A stretch of DNA of 64,000 nt from Candidatus Omnitrophota bacterium (GTDB taxonomy: Bacteria > Omnitrophota > Gorgyraeia > Gygaellales > Profunditerraquicolaceae), in NCBI GenBank assembly GCA_028716965.1, contig JAQUOV010000003.1, forward strand, positions 140,756 through 204,755. The letters are read 5' to 3'. A program made the translations under genes and the position numbers. Each line of letters opens with the position of its first letter. Positions within the stretch are counted from its first letter, which is position 1. Of the stretch, positions 1 to 15,000 are shown one piece after another. Below the pieces are notes generated by a model, which worked only from the letters and a program-made list of their open reading frames with translations, did not search any database and had not been told where the DNA came from.

Positions 1-3000
1 TCTTAATTACCCTTCCTTCATTTGCCGCATCATAACTCTCATGGACTGAACTCTTTGCGTTCTTATATTCTAAACTCTCAAAAACTTTCTCCGCGGCCTT
101 ATAATTCAAGTTTTTCATATGTTTCAATGCTTCCGGAACTGATACTAAATCCTTGTTTTCTACAACTTCAAACCTGGTATCGCCATTCTTATCCTGGCTT
201 TCAAAACGGGAAATCTTAAGGAATGCGCCGTTATTATAGGCTATTACAAAACGTATTACATTATGGCTGTCCCTAATGAATATTTCCGTAACAGTGTTGC
301 CGTCCTTAAGCGCTGTGACCTTGCGCGTAGCCAAATCATCCGACCTGTAAGATGTTGTAACCGACCTTTCATTGTTCTTTATAACCTTATTAATACGCTG
401 TATCCGGTAGGAATCTTTATTGCCGCTGGCCTTAAACGTGGCAACCTCTCTTTTTCCGGAATAAGCTGCTACCGGAACCTCCTTGCCTAATGTTTTATCA
501 AACCTGTAAATAGTAGTTTCTTTTGTCTTAGGAGAGAAGGTTTTAACCATATAGCCTTCTACGTCAAAGAATGCCTCAAAACGTTCTCCTGTTATAGCAT
601 TGGCAAAAATCAATACTTTGTAGACTGCTTTACCGGCTCCTTCATTCCCGGTAAGGTTCATAACCGCGTATTTCTCGCTGATTATGGCATTCATGAAATC
701 AATATAAGGATAAGGCGAGCCGTTGCGTAAGTTACTAATACCCCTGGTTAAATTCTTTAAGGCGCGCTGCAGGTTTTCTTCCTGATGGGCAAGGCGCTCG
801 ATCTCCGACTGCTCTTCAGGATTAAATACGAACTTATAAGTATTGTTCTCGGCTTGAGAATAAACTACCCAATCAAATTTATAAGGCGCCTGATAAATAA
901 GCCACAGCAGTTTGGCGTTAAGCTCTGAAGTGTCGGGGTTCTGCAACATGTACTGCCTAAGTTCCTTGACATTCCTGTCTTCATCATACCTTCCTAATAT
1001 TCTTATTGCCTGCTCCCAGGTAACTTTTTCACCGGGTTTTGTAAACCTGTAGAATTTCAAATAACCGTTTATTGCATCCAGGCTGTCTTTTGCGTCTAAC
1101 AATTGGTTCCTAAGCTGCTTAAATTTGGCCAATTGGTTAACGTTAGCGGCAATCTCAAAACCCTTGGCTGTTTCGCCTAACGAATAGAATTTACCTTCTT
1201 CATAGGGTATCTTCAGGAACCCGCCGCGTTTAATTACATCTTTCATAAGCTTAGCATTATTAAATGCCTGGATTAAATTCCTTGCTACCTCAAAAGCCTC
1301 ATCCACGCCGGTCTCAATCACTACATAATGCACATTCCCTTCTTTATCGGTAAATTTAAACTGCCCCTGCTCAATTGCGGCCTTTGCCTTTACCGCAAGC
1401 TTCCAGGCATTATCGCGTTCCTGCCTGCCAAAACCTATCTCTATATGCAGCTTGCCGGTTTTCTTATCAATCCACCAGGCCCTTACTATAGTCTTATCAA
1501 TATTCTGGTAACTCCTGATGCTATGTTCATAATTGATCGCCGAAGCCTCAAGCCCTCTTACGGCAAGATATATACCCGGGATAAACATTCTGTTGCCGTT
1601 TGCGTCTTTATAATAGAATTTCTCTGTGCGGGTAGGATTGCCTGTCCCCAAGAATCCCGTGAAGAACTTAAGCGGGTTCACCACTATTTCATTCCATAGC
1701 CAGTTCAACCCTCCCCAAGGGTCTTTAGCAAGCTTTAAATGTTTCGGCAGGCTCAATCCTTCTGGCATAGCCTCCACATTATAACCTCTGTCCGTGGATA
1801 CTATTTTACCTTTGGCGTCTTGAGGCACCTTTGGCCCGGCAACCGTTGCCTTTGCCCAGTCAGCTATGTCAAATTTCCCTCTGCCATTGCCTTTTCCGGC
1901 TGCCTTAGCGGTAAGCCAATGAGGGAATAGATAACCAAACAGGTCATGAACGGGTTTAGGTATAAAGCTCAAATCAACGTCTGTACCGCCCCAGCCGCTT
2001 AATATTGAATAATACTTAATGGAGTTAAGCAAAATCTGGATATTAATCGGATTAATGCCTTCAGTAAGGAAAGTCCTGATCGCCAGATCCATTACTGCGC
2101 CGCGGGTGGCAGTCTTCTGGTTCTCAAGATTTGCCTCTACATTCTTTTTGGACTTCCTATACAGATATTCGGCGGTTGAAAGTGTATGGGGCCAGACCAG
2201 ATTACCCCTTGTATCCCTGATTTCCAAGACTGGAGCTGCTGGGTCAATAGAGAATCTGTTGTAATTCAACCACTCCGCCTTCTTTTCTATAAGGTTTAAT
2301 ACCCTGAATTTAAAGTTCTTGCTGTCTGCATAAAATTCATCTTCATCTTTATATACGCGTGAGACCTTCCACCTGCTGGTCCTGGTATCAAAAGCCAGGG
2401 CGTAAAATTTATTGGCAATGAAATTACTGTTTATGGCCTCTTCTGATCCGAACCTTACAGCCAAGTTCTCCTCTACAGAGGAGATATTAAGCATAATCTT
2501 TTGTTTGTTAAATTTAACTGCCCTGGCCCTGGCGTAATCAAGTTTCATTACCGTATCATCATCGCCTTTGGTTTCTACTCTTACAGGTACCAGGTATGCG
2601 CTTTCGCCGGCAGTAAGAGGAGCAAGGATCATATATCCTTCCGGAAGCAAAGAGGTCTTCTTGCCTGCGCCCTTAAGAACCTGCCCAATGAAGTGCAGGA
2701 TATTCTTATATTTAACCCAGAAGCTCTCTTTTAATTCTAAGAATCCTGCGCCATAAACAACAAAGGTATCCTGTTTCTCCAGCAGCCTGGAGAGCTTGCC
2801 GTTTATATAATCATTGTAAACTTCCTGGTAATTGGTGTAGACCTTAAGCGCCTCAAATACTCCTCTTTCATTCAGGCGGATAATGCTGGCAATACTGCCT
2901 ACAATTTTCAATTCCATGACAAAAGCCCTGTTCTGGGCAATCTCCATCCCCCAGTCTTTCTGTACTTGTGCGCTCTTTTCTAAAGCAAAAACCTTTAAAC

Positions 3001-6000
3001 AATCTTTTTCCACCTGCTTAACATTGCTGTAGTAAAGCGCCCTTTTCCCTTCAGGAATTATATACTGATCAAAGGTACCAAAGGCCCTGCCTGTAATCTG
3101 GAATTTATTGAGCAACTGCGCAGGTTTTACACTAACATCCACATATACTACCCTGTCTAATGCCTGCAAATGCCTGATATCTATGATTACTTTTCCTTTT
3201 CCATCAACAAAGACTGGCTGCCAATCAATATCACCCTGGAGATGCGGGCCGAATAAATCCTTTAACCTGCCGTTATAATATCCATCGCTGAATAAACCAT
3301 CATATTGCCTCCAGGGCAGCGTCTTTGAAACTACCATTCCGCCGGAGCGCATCGCTTTGTTATAATCGTTAGGATTACGCCTTAATATGCTGAAAAATCC
3401 TTCTCTCTTGCTTTCAGGCACAATTACCGTAAGCTCTTTGCCTTTTACATTAAACCTATGCAACTCAAACCCGCGTGCCTTCAGGAAATCCTCATTAAGC
3501 TGCTCTATCCTGGACAAATATACTTTTGCTGAAGCAGGGTCATATACGAATACGCGGCCTTCAGGAGCAGACAGGTTCCATTTACCGGAAGTAACTAACT
3601 GCTCCAATACTTCATTGGAAACCACTCCTACGTCCGGATACTTGCCTAATCTTAGGTAAACACGCTGGTTATCCTTATCCAATAAAACCCCTAATTCTGG
3701 AAGGCCAACCATCTTGCTTAATCTCTTCCCTTTCTTAACATCACGTTCTATATTCTCTTTATGTTCATGGATTAGAGGTAATTGCTCTCGGGCCTTTTGG
3801 TAGGTTCTACTTAACTGGCCGGCCGATGGCCTTGTTTTCTTAACTGACGATTGGATTTGTTTGATAGGTTTAGCGGCTTTAGTTTTAGGAGGAGCACGGC
3901 TCTGTACAGGTTGGATCTCTTTCTTTGGCGTAACTATCTTTTCAGGCTGCACAGGAGCAGGTTCTGCTTTGCTGGCAACCACCGTTTTCTTTTTTGAAGG
4001 CCCTGCTTTTGGCTCCGGCTGAACAGGATTCTTTCCCTTCTGTTCCACAGGCTCCGCTTTAGCCGGGGCTGGATTATCAGCTTCTTCTTGTGGCTGTGCT
4101 ATCACGCCTAAAGCACCCCATGTTTCTTTACCCACAATACCATCAACCTTCTTAAGCTCTTTTGCTTTCTGGAACAACATTACAACTGCCTTTGTTCTCC
4201 ATCCGAACATTTTGTCAATAAACTTTCCTGTCTTCAGCCTGGTTACGATATCTTCTAAGCGGGCCCCTATTGCCTTATCAGACTCGCCTGGAAACATCTT
4301 CTTAAGAATCTTACTGAGATCCTGTTTCTGTGTATCGGTAAACTCTCCGGAATTAAAGAAAACTCTCAATTCCCCCTGTACATATACAATTTCTTTATTA
4401 GCCATGCCTATTTTTAACAACATATGCGCTGCTGATTCTTTATACCCTATGACTTTAACAGGAAGTGCTGGTTTTGCCTGAGATAGAGGCTTTGTTTTTA
4501 CGGCTTCCGTCGGCTTTACTGCGGGAGCTTCTGGCTTAGTTGTTTCTCCGGGTTTTACCACAGGCGCTTCGGGGGCCGGCTGTACTGCAGGGGCTTTTAC
4601 CGCAGGCGCTTCGGGTTGAGTTGGAGCGGCTGGTTTCTGCAATGCCTTTTCTGCAGCGGCAATTTCTTCCCTGAGCGGCTTGGTTATCTCTGTAATTTGC
4701 TCTAAGCTAAATCCCTTTTGCTGGCCCAATGCTATCAGCTTAGTTAACTTCGTTTTTATCTGGGGTAATGTGTTTGAATCCTTCTTAAGTTCTGCGATAT
4801 ACATACCGGCCTGCTTTAGCAATTCCTGCTTTTCCATTTCTAAAGTAACTGCCGGTTCTCTTGGTTGTACCGCAGACTCAGGCTTTGACGCTTCCGGCTT
4901 TACTGCCTTAGCTTCCTGCCCCAAAGTAACTTCTCCAGTAATAATATTCAACATATTACCACCTGTCTTCTGCAAAGAACCCTCGAACACAGGATAAAAT
5001 GCAAGCATATTTTCTGTATCGACGGCTATCACCAGCCCGATTCCGTTATAATAAGCATCAACGGTACCTGCGGTTGCCCTGAACAATTTAGCTTTTTCTT
5101 TATTTTTAAGAGTTTTCACATAATATGTCTGTTCATCGCCGAATCCCCAATACGATGTGACACAGTCATAATTTTTATCTTTCGCATACGCTAGTAAGAG
5201 GCGGTTTATGGTGGACTGATTAATGGGATGAGCGCCATTTGCTATGATATAACCTTTTGTTTGTTGCAGGTTTTTCTGCCTTGATACCCATGTTTTTTGC
5301 TCAAGGCGCTCTGCCTGCTCCGCGGTAAGGAAAATAGCATCGCCATTTCCTGCGGTATATAATTTATTGCCATTGTCGTAAACAAAAACTAAATTATTAT
5401 AGAAATTATCTAAGCGAATTTTCCCACCGTATTGAATTGTATACGACGTAATTTGCTTTGCATTATATTTAACATCAACGTAAACGTAGCCCTTCCTGCC
5501 TTTCTTAGTATTTTCGGGCATCCCCGTAAAGACTACATTATAAAGTCCATCTTTTACTTCTTTAAACGACTTAACTTCTGAACCTTGCTTTATAATTTGA
5601 CTGATGTTTACTGTGTTGGTATCAAGGTCTATGGTCTTTTCCTGCGCAACGCCAGCTTCTACCTTAGGCGCGACAGGCGCTTCCGGGGCCGGCTGTACTG
5701 CAGGAGCTTTTACCGCAGGCGCTTCGGGTTGAGTTGGAGCGGCTGGTTTCTGCAATGCCTTTTCTGCAGCGGCAATTTCTTCCCTGAGCGGCTTGGTTAT
5801 CTCTGTAATTTGCTCTAAGCTAAATCCCTTTTGCTGGCCCAATCTTATTAATTCGGATAAACGAGTTTTCTTCTCAGTTAATTCGCCTGGATTATTTTTA
5901 AGTTCCTTAGTGTATGCTTCGACTGTTTTTATAAATTCTTGTTTTGTTGTTTCTGCAGTTACTGCCGGTTGCGGCTGAGCTACTTTAGCCGGCTCTTCAC

Positions 6001-9000
6001 TTAATAATCTTTCTATATCCGCTTTGTTATCCGGATAAACAGCCAAACCATGCTTAGCCATTATGTACTGCTTTACCTGTTTTAATAGTTCCGGGTTGAT
6101 GGTTTCATTCTTAGCCTTAAACTGAGCAGTAAGTTTATTAACGGCATCGTTTAATTCCTGCTTGACAATCAGGAGATTGCCTGGTTCGGCAGCATGGGCA
6201 ACCGATGGGCTGAATATCGCTGTTTTTATGGCGGCGTGATTATGTTCGTAGAATGTTGCGGGTTTAACTAAATAGGGCTCAAATAACGAACTGACTTGAA
6301 GGAACAAACCGAAGAATACACTGGCTATCTTAGGAGGAGATTTGTTAAAATGGTTGGTGCTGTGTCCGGGTTTCTCTATTAATTCCATTGAAGATATTTT
6401 TAACATCGCGTTAAGCGAACCGCCTAATTTCACATGCCAAGCCTTAGGCCCGATCTGGAAGGCTATGCGCCTGAATTTACCGGAAGTTGGCACTGTAACT
6501 ACAATATTATCCTTACCCATAACATCGGGTACCACTACTAAATTGGCCCCGGGGAAACTATTCTCATTTGCATTTTCACCGAGGAATTGCACCCCTATCT
6601 TCATATTCTCAGGCCCGGAAAGGTTATATTTAATGCGCAGCTTTTGTCCTTGTACCAAATTAATCGCCGGCTCAAAATCATACCAAACTGCTCTTGCTTG
6701 CCATTGCGGGCCGGTATATTCCCCATATTGGCCTTTTGTAAGGATATTTTCTCCCGTTACGACGCTCTCTTGTTTTGTTATTGGCTGTTTAGGCGTATGG
6801 ACAACAGGAGGCATTACTTCTTGAGGCGCTGGTACCTGAGGCTGAACCTTTGCTGGCTCTGCGTTGATTCCCTTTGTAACAGCTTTGTATAAGTCAGGAT
6901 ACTCTGCCCGCATAGAGTTCTTCATCTGCCACATCCAGCCTTTTGGATCCCAGCACTGCGCCCAGGAATAATTATTAACTATCTCCTTGGCATGCTCTAA
7001 TGCTTTCGCTTTATTACCTATATGGTAATAAGCAACCATCAACTGCCAGTGTGCCGTGCCTAAATGATATAATGCCCAATATTTCCCGAATATAGGAGTA
7101 AGCTCTGCTTCAGTGCTTGCCTGCGGGTACCTGCCTTCTTTAGCCGCTTCTTTCTGCTGTTTTTTGGCAATCTCTACCCAATCAGGATGCTGCTTAAACA
7201 TACCCTCAAGGATTTGTATTACCTCATTCCACTGCCCACCCTGATATCTATACCAGGCCTTGATCACATAATCCTCTGCCTCGGTCATAATCTTCTTGGG
7301 ATCTAATGCCTTTTCTATCTTATCTTTTTCCGTAAGCGGCTTGGCAAGTTGTCCAGCTTCAACTTTAAGCCTATAGGATAGAGGCCCAAAGCCGGCAATC
7401 ATCGGGTCTGCTGACAACTGTGTCATTATCCTATATGATGTGCCGATGCTGCTTAGATTAAATTCGCCATTCTCTGCTTTCCATGGGGTATTCCAGCCAT
7501 ATCCGACTGGCCGGTCATGCCCGTCTCCGCTTCTTGCTTTTATCTGCTTCTTTTCCGCAACAGGTAGACTCTTAAGCACCCCTTCTGATAATGCCTCTTG
7601 CAAACCTTTAACTCTATTTTGGCCTATGGCATAAGGATAAGCAAGGCCGCCTTGAGTCTTAATTTGCGCTTTATCAATCTCTTTCAATATATTGCCATGC
7701 TCGTTCTTATAATAAAGCGACTTTTCCAGGTCCATCTCCTGGAAGCTATCTACAAACAAGCGTAAAGCGGCATTGGCAACCTCATTAGACCATTCAGGGC
7801 TTCCTAACGGCTCCCGGCCTTTCCCTATAGTTGCTTTCTTATCCGGTTTAGTATGTACATAGTTTGTTAACTGCTTGCGGTCAGAATGAGTAACATAATC
7901 AAATAATGTCACACTTACGTTTCCGCCTTCCGGATGGCTGAATTCAATATCCACCTTGTAATTATCAACAATAAACTGGTAAGTTTTATCTGCAGCTCCC
8001 GGCTCAAAAGCATCCATCTTTTTCTTGCCGAATACCGAAATTCCCCAGGCATTTGCATCTAACGGATACCACGGGACTATTCCGGCTTCAACCGAGACCC
8101 CTCTGTCACCGTCAACAAAAGCAACCTCTGTCGTGCCCCATCTTAAAGCATGCGCTGATTTATCGTATACCTTTCCAAGCCATCCGAACACGAGCTCGGC
8201 AGCTAACCTGTACTTTTCTTCTTTAGTTACCTGGTAAAGCATATTGAATAAAGCGTAACTGTCTACGTTATGCTCGGCGCAATACAGTTCATAAAAACTT
8301 GGGGCTTTGGGATCAAAGCCTGCTCTTTGCTCAACAGGATTTCTCCCCTTTGGCCCCATACGCACGCCGCCATAATTAAAATCGCCCTTGTTCTTGTTCT
8401 GTAAAGAAATAATCCAATCTGCCCTTCCTTTAGCAAACTCCAGGAAATGCTCTTTACCGGTGTTTAAATATGCCTGAATTCCGGTTATGCCCCAGAAAGC
8501 GTTAGGGCCGACATGCACTACCCACTCAATGCCTTTGCCTGCCCCCCTTGCATCAGAGGCATCCACAATATTAATGATTCCACCGTATTTCCAGATACCT
8601 GTATGGCTGGTAAAATATTTAAAAGACCTGTTAACCAGCTCAAACTTCTTCAGCAGAATATTTGCCATGGTCTTCATCGCATCGTCATATACGACATCCC
8701 AACCTTTGAGCCGCGGGTCTCCGACATGGCTGTCAACCAGGCTTGTTTCCGTACGGGTATGCGCGTCTAACCACTGGCTGAGTTCCTTTATCGTCTTTTC
8801 ATCGGGTGCCGGCAATTCTTTCCTCAGAAAATCTCTCTGGTTATCAAGCAGGTCTTTTGCGTCAGCAGTAGAGATAGAAAAAAGATTGCTTATGCCGCGG
8901 GCGATACTATCTACAAAATTTGGCGTCTGTTTTAAAGAAATATCCTTAACGGTTGGATTATTCCTGTTTTTCATTAGGCGAAAAACAGAAATTACCTTTT

Positions 9001-12000
9001 TCACATAGTTGTCGGATTTTCTATTAGAGTAACTTATTGCTGCTTCTCTCCCCAGGCGCTTAGCGCGGTTAGGCCCGATATTATAGGCAGCAACCGCATA
9101 TTCAACATCATTGTCAAATCTTTTTAACATCTCTTTTAAATATTTCACTCCGCCTCTAATATTCTGAGCCGGATCCATACTATTTTTAACACCCATATCA
9201 TTGGCAGTGCCGGGCATAAGCTGTGTAAGACCTTCGGCGCCTTTTGGTGAAACTGCTTTCGGCTCGAAGTTTGACTCGCAGCGTATAACCGCCTGCACCA
9301 ATGGCAAAGGCACATTATGACACTTAGCCTCCCTTGCCATAATCTTATAGAATTTTCCTTTATGGAAATACTTAGGTTTACTGGGTATAATTTCATTTGT
9401 ATTATTTAATCCGATGGAAGGCGAAATCTTCTTTGTAGCTATAACTTTTTGGGTAGGACTTATTTTATCTAAAGCCTTTTGCGTCTCCTTCATCCAATGC
9501 CCCTTTATCATAAAACGTGCGCCTTCGGGCAAATTAGTATCTTTTAAAGCCTCATTAAATTTACCAAGGGCTTCCTGGAACATGTTTTTCCTAAAAGAAA
9601 CTACCCCGGCATTATAATGATCCTTACCTATAAAGCCTTTTGTTTGTGCTTTTGTCTCTGCGCCAGAGGCATGTTTTACAAAAGAAAGGCTATTACTGAT
9701 AAAATCAGCAACTTTTCCGGCTATATTGTTAATCTGTTTTACAAATGAAGGCGGGCCCTTGTTATGTTCAGGCGCTAATGCCAGTTGTTTGGCCATAGTA
9801 GATTGCTGGATTCCAATACCGCCTGTTAACCCGGGGTCAGAATAAGCATATTGCTGAGGAAAATCCCCTATAACTATCTGGTTACCGCCAAATCCATAGA
9901 TGCCGGCGCTATCTGCCGAGAAAGGAATTCCTGCGCCATGTGCCGGTGTAATAAACATTAAAACTCCTGCTATCGCAACCAACCCTAAGGCCGCAAACCC
10001 TAAATTAAGCATTCTCACATTAGGTAAGGGCAATGGCGGAACCATCTGGTCAAGTTTTCTTGACGCCCCCTGGTATGCTTGCATAGCCTCAACATACATA
10101 GCGTGTTCCTGTACATAGCTATCATAAATAGCCTCTCCGCGGTTATAGCGTTCTTTAATATCAAGCACTTTCTTGCCTGATATAATGAGTTTTATATAGG
10201 CCAAGGCCTTATCTTGAACTTCATTTGAATCCTTACCCAATGCTTCGATATCCAAAGTTAAGTTCTCAAGCAGTTCTTCTGCATCTACTTGTTTACCTTG
10301 TAATTCATTGTTCGCAATCCGGGCATAATAATCAACAACTATGTCTGCCAACATCCTCTGTTTTTCTTGTTCAACTGGGGATTTCTTGTTATTGGCTAAA
10401 TACGCCTTTAACCACTTGTAGTAAGTTTCAAATATATTATAGCCCATCCATTCCTCTGAAGAGATAGGCTCTAACTCTTCAATCTTATTTTCTAATTGAC
10501 TAACCCTTTGCCTTAAATAGGATATTTTGCGTTTTAATAAAGATAGCTCTTTAGTTAAAACTTGCATGAGCTCCTCTTTACTCTGGCAACCGTCTACCTC
10601 CATGCTTAACTCTCCTGCCTTTACTTCTCCGCAAACCCAATCTCGTAGATATCCAAACTTCTCCTCCTCTAAAGACTTGTTCACAATATCTAAAATACTC
10701 TTTAAAGACCTTGCTTCTTTATACAGAGAAACAATCCTCTCTTTTATTCTGGCAATCCTTGCCCTTAAAACAGACTCTTGGGCTAAATAGTTCTCTATCT
10801 TCTCCACTAACCCCTTAAAATTACGCTTAAAAGCCGACAACTCTCTCCTACCTTCTTTATTTATAACTAATTTTACAGGTTTTTGTATCCTGGCTTCCTT
10901 GAATTCTTTATTTGACTTAATCAAAAGGCGATTCAAGGTTATATGAGCGACGATATATAATCCGATAACTGCAGGTATAAGGCCAAACAGAATAATACTG
11001 CCTGTGATCGTTGCAATAATCGCTATTCTCTTTACCGTATCCATGGTTGAAGAATAAGTATTCACCATCGCTCCGGTATCAAGCGGGCTGGAGCAGCCTG
11101 CCAAATGATTTTTATCCTGCAACCTTGGCTCTGAAGATTCACCCTGCTGCACAGAATTCTCTATACGGTTATCAGCATGCGGATTGATTTTGTGCGCTCG
11201 CCCCATCACAATCAAGCCTGCCATCATATTAATAAACATTGTTACAAATGGTATGCCTAATACGGCTCCTGCCAACCCCACACAAAATACAATCATTGAG
11301 AATATCACCTTGGCTTCCTTGGATCCGGCATCAGCTACTTTACTTGCCATAGCGCCTAGAACAAAAGCCACCAATCCTACGAATACATGCGAAAGAGGCA
11401 CGCCCAGAATTATTGTCACAGCAATCGCTAATACGAAAGTATTCACCACCGCGCCGGTATCAATGGCGCTGGAAACAGAAGAGCCACGATTATTTATTGC
11501 TGGATTGCTTTTAGACAATAACAAATTGATGATCGGGGCCATATTTACGGCAAGCTTCATCGCCATCGGGTCCTGCCCACATACTACAGATAATAAATAC
11601 ACTATCGGTATTAAACTCTTGCCTCCCTGGGTAAACCAACCAAGCCCGGTAGGCACTCTCTCTGCAGGGCTGCCATCAGGATAATAGGCATAAGCCATGC
11701 TATTGTCATACTGGTTCCTATAGCTAAGCAGCTTCTCCAATAGATTATCGGCCTGCGTTTTATATAAAGGATTCTTCCTTGCTAAAGCATATTTTGCTGC
11801 TACCATATGCGTAAAGAATTCCGTAGAGATAAACTCCTTACGGTCGGCTAAGAAGTCATACCCGATGATCTCATCGCTCGCATTCCTTAAAGCAATCCTT
11901 GCATCGGCCATTTGTATAATCTCTTCAGCGGCATTCTCCTCAAACCTGTCCATTCCTTTAACTCCAAATGCCGAGATTGCCCATGCCTGCACATCAGTGG

Positions 12001-15000
12001 GTATACTTGTATCTATACCGTAACCTTCAACATAACCGGAGTAGAAAGCGTGTTGGTTATTATCATAAAGCTTCTTTAAGAATGCTTCGATTTTGTTCGC
12101 GGATTCAAGATATTTAGCATCCCTGGTCAGAGCATGCAGCCAGCTAAATAATAGGTAAGCGTCAATATTGTGTTCAGCGCAATAAATCTGCCAATATCCT
12201 AATGCATTTTCATCCCAATTGATCCTCTGATCTTTGGGATTGCCTGGTTCTCCATGCGGCCCCATTGGGACTGCGCCATAGGCAAAATGGTTTGTATCAT
12301 TATTCTGTAAAGAAATGGCCCAATCAGCTTTTTGGCGAGCTAAGGCTAAATTCTGCTGATCTCTTCTCTTGCTATAAAGCCGTAAAGCCGCAATACCCAA
12401 ATGCAGATTCGGGCCTGTATGCACAAACCATTCTACGCCGCTGGCATCCAAAGCTCTTGCTGCATTAATCTGTCCCCCTAGCCTGGATGGGATTTTTGCT
12501 GATGAGTCAAGGAGGTTTTGAGCGCCTATTGCATCCCCTGCTGCCAACAAGCCCTGCACGGCAATCCCCTGGTCATAAGTTATTGCCCACCCGTCAACAA
12601 CCGGATCCCCCAGGCTGCTGGCTATCAAACCTGTGGGGTATATCTGGCTTTTTGCCCAATTAAACAGCTTTTGTTTTGCATCCTCTTTGTTCAAGCTGGC
12701 AAATACCTTGGCTACTTTTGAATTGCTCAAAGCTAAAGCCATGCCGCCAAAGAATACCCTTCTTAAAAATTCCCTTCTATCTATAGGCGAAGAGGTGCGT
12801 GTATTGGAGATACCGGAGGAGCCACGATGAGAAACCTCTAAATATAAACGGTAAAGTTTAGGAGTGGCTAAAATAATTCCTGCCACCTTAAATTCCACTA
12901 TACGATAAACACGTTCTTTCTCTATACGCTCAGCATATCCTTTTGTTCCAAAGTGGCCCACTAAACCCTGGATCTTATTTTCAGCAGCCGCAGTTATACG
13001 TTCCTCGCTGACTCCAGGCTTAATCCCCAACAATTCAAACAAGTCTGTCTTAAGAAATTTCTTGAAATCTTTAAGTTTGATCTTTTGGAAAGCAGGAAGC
13101 TTACTGTTTATTCCGCGCCAAAGTAAATCAATTTTCTCGCCAGAGGTAAGAGTCTTTTGTTTAGCCTCTACACAAATAGTATTTATAAGTTCTTGGACCT
13201 TCTGGTTATCAATACGTTCTGCCCCACGCCCAACATAAGCCGGCCCTAAGTTTAAATCCTCAATAAAGTCTATTACTTCTAACTTATCAATATCAGTAAT
13301 TCTTTGTAATTCCTTGGTCAAATCAGTAACAAAATCATCATAATTCTTATATTCTCTAGCGATCACCTCAAAATATTCCGCTATAATGGAATATATATTC
13401 ATGACTTCCCATTTGGACCTTGAGCTAATGGGGCTGCTGGAGGAAACCACCGGCTCCTGCCATAATTCAAAGTCAAAACCGTAAAAAGCTTCTATGAGCA
13501 GCTTATTGTCTTCGCGCATCACGGTAAGGATATCTTTTTGCTTGCCGCTGATATACTTTCTTACCTGCCAGACATCTTCTCCTCCCTGATAAACACCCTC
13601 TCCGCTAACCTCAAAAGGATTACCCGAAATTAACATTACTTCATTGTTTTCTTTATCTCCCTTTATCACGAACCTGAACTGTCCATCAGGCAATTCCACA
13701 TCTACGATGTTCCCGCCTTGAATATATTTAATAAATTCTAAACCTGCATCAGGAACAGATAGGCCATAATCGCCTAAACGAATTTCATTTCTACGGACCG
13801 CCCAGTCACCAACCTGCTTGTTTTTCCAGTCCTGAAGATGCGTTTTACGCTCTTCGCTGCGCGCGCCGCTCCAGGCCAAAAGTACCTTCGTGCCGTTTAC
13901 ATCCTTATAAAATCTGTATATTATTATACGGTTACCCGGAATAACAACCTGCCTAAACGTGGACAGCTTCTTATCGCTATAATCTGAACCGGCTGTTTCA
14001 GGAGCGTCAACAATATTCTGAACGGCTCTCTTTAAATTATTATCTCTTCTTAAATCATTAACCGGGAATTGAGGAAGGGCATATACAGTCAAGTTGTTCA
14101 CAGGGCTTGAGCTTGTCTCTAATACCACAACCGCTCCAATTGGAGAACCTGCCCTTCTAACATCCAAACTATTTTTCTCTAAGATTAATAAAGAATTGCC
14201 GTTAACAGTATTCGTTTCTATATTGAAGCCGAGTTTCGCGATTGATTTTGGCTCCCTTTGACTTAAGCAATTCTCCGGCCAGAATATTTTGCTGACTAAG
14301 ACTCCACCATCCTTAAGAGCCCCATTGCTCATCTGTCTTAGCGCCCCCAGCAAAGTCGCCTTTTCATCTATTTCAGTAAATACACTCTTTCCTGTAGCAG
14401 TAATGTGCCCTAATTCAAATGCGCCGATAGAAATAATGGCGTCAAACCTTACGGGGTAAACCTTGAGGAAATCAAGCATATCGGCTTTAAATATAGGATA
14501 ACCGTCTTCGGCTAAGCGGGAATCTACGCCATAAACTATTGCCCCCAGTTTACGCAATGCATCCATCGAATCTGTTTTTACCCCAGGGCCTATTTCAAGT
14601 ATCCAGGCGCCTTCAAACTTCTTGCCTTGTTTTTCAAATATCCTTTTTAGCGCCTCTACTATAGGGTTGGCACAAGCAGCTTCCACTGTACCGCTATCAA
14701 GAGGACTACCGGAAGATGGTTTTTCTAACAGTTTTAGTAAAGCCCTACATTCATCCTTGAGTTTCTTGGAAGTATCCTCATTGCTAATTAACGCCTGAAG
14801 GTCAGGCACTATTTCTTCTAATGTTGTTTTGAATCTTAGGTATTTAGGTGAATTTTTACGTTGATGATCCTCAAGCTTTTTTCTGAGTTTCTGTAAAAGG
14901 TTAGATTTGTTTCCCACAAGAAAAGAGCTAAATAGTATATCGTGAAGCATTTTATCTTGAAACGTATACCCCATCTCGATAAATTCAACTATCGTTTTAA

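Noticed and set aside
8487-9008. Plus-strand ORFs inside 1..40798 (e.g. 8487..9008 at 173 aa, 6342..6824, 11184..11684, 14942..15409, 20931..21422)
   Set aside because: All lie antisense to the continuous giant minus-strand frame and have low-complexity or odd composition; they are shadow ORFs of a long coding region.
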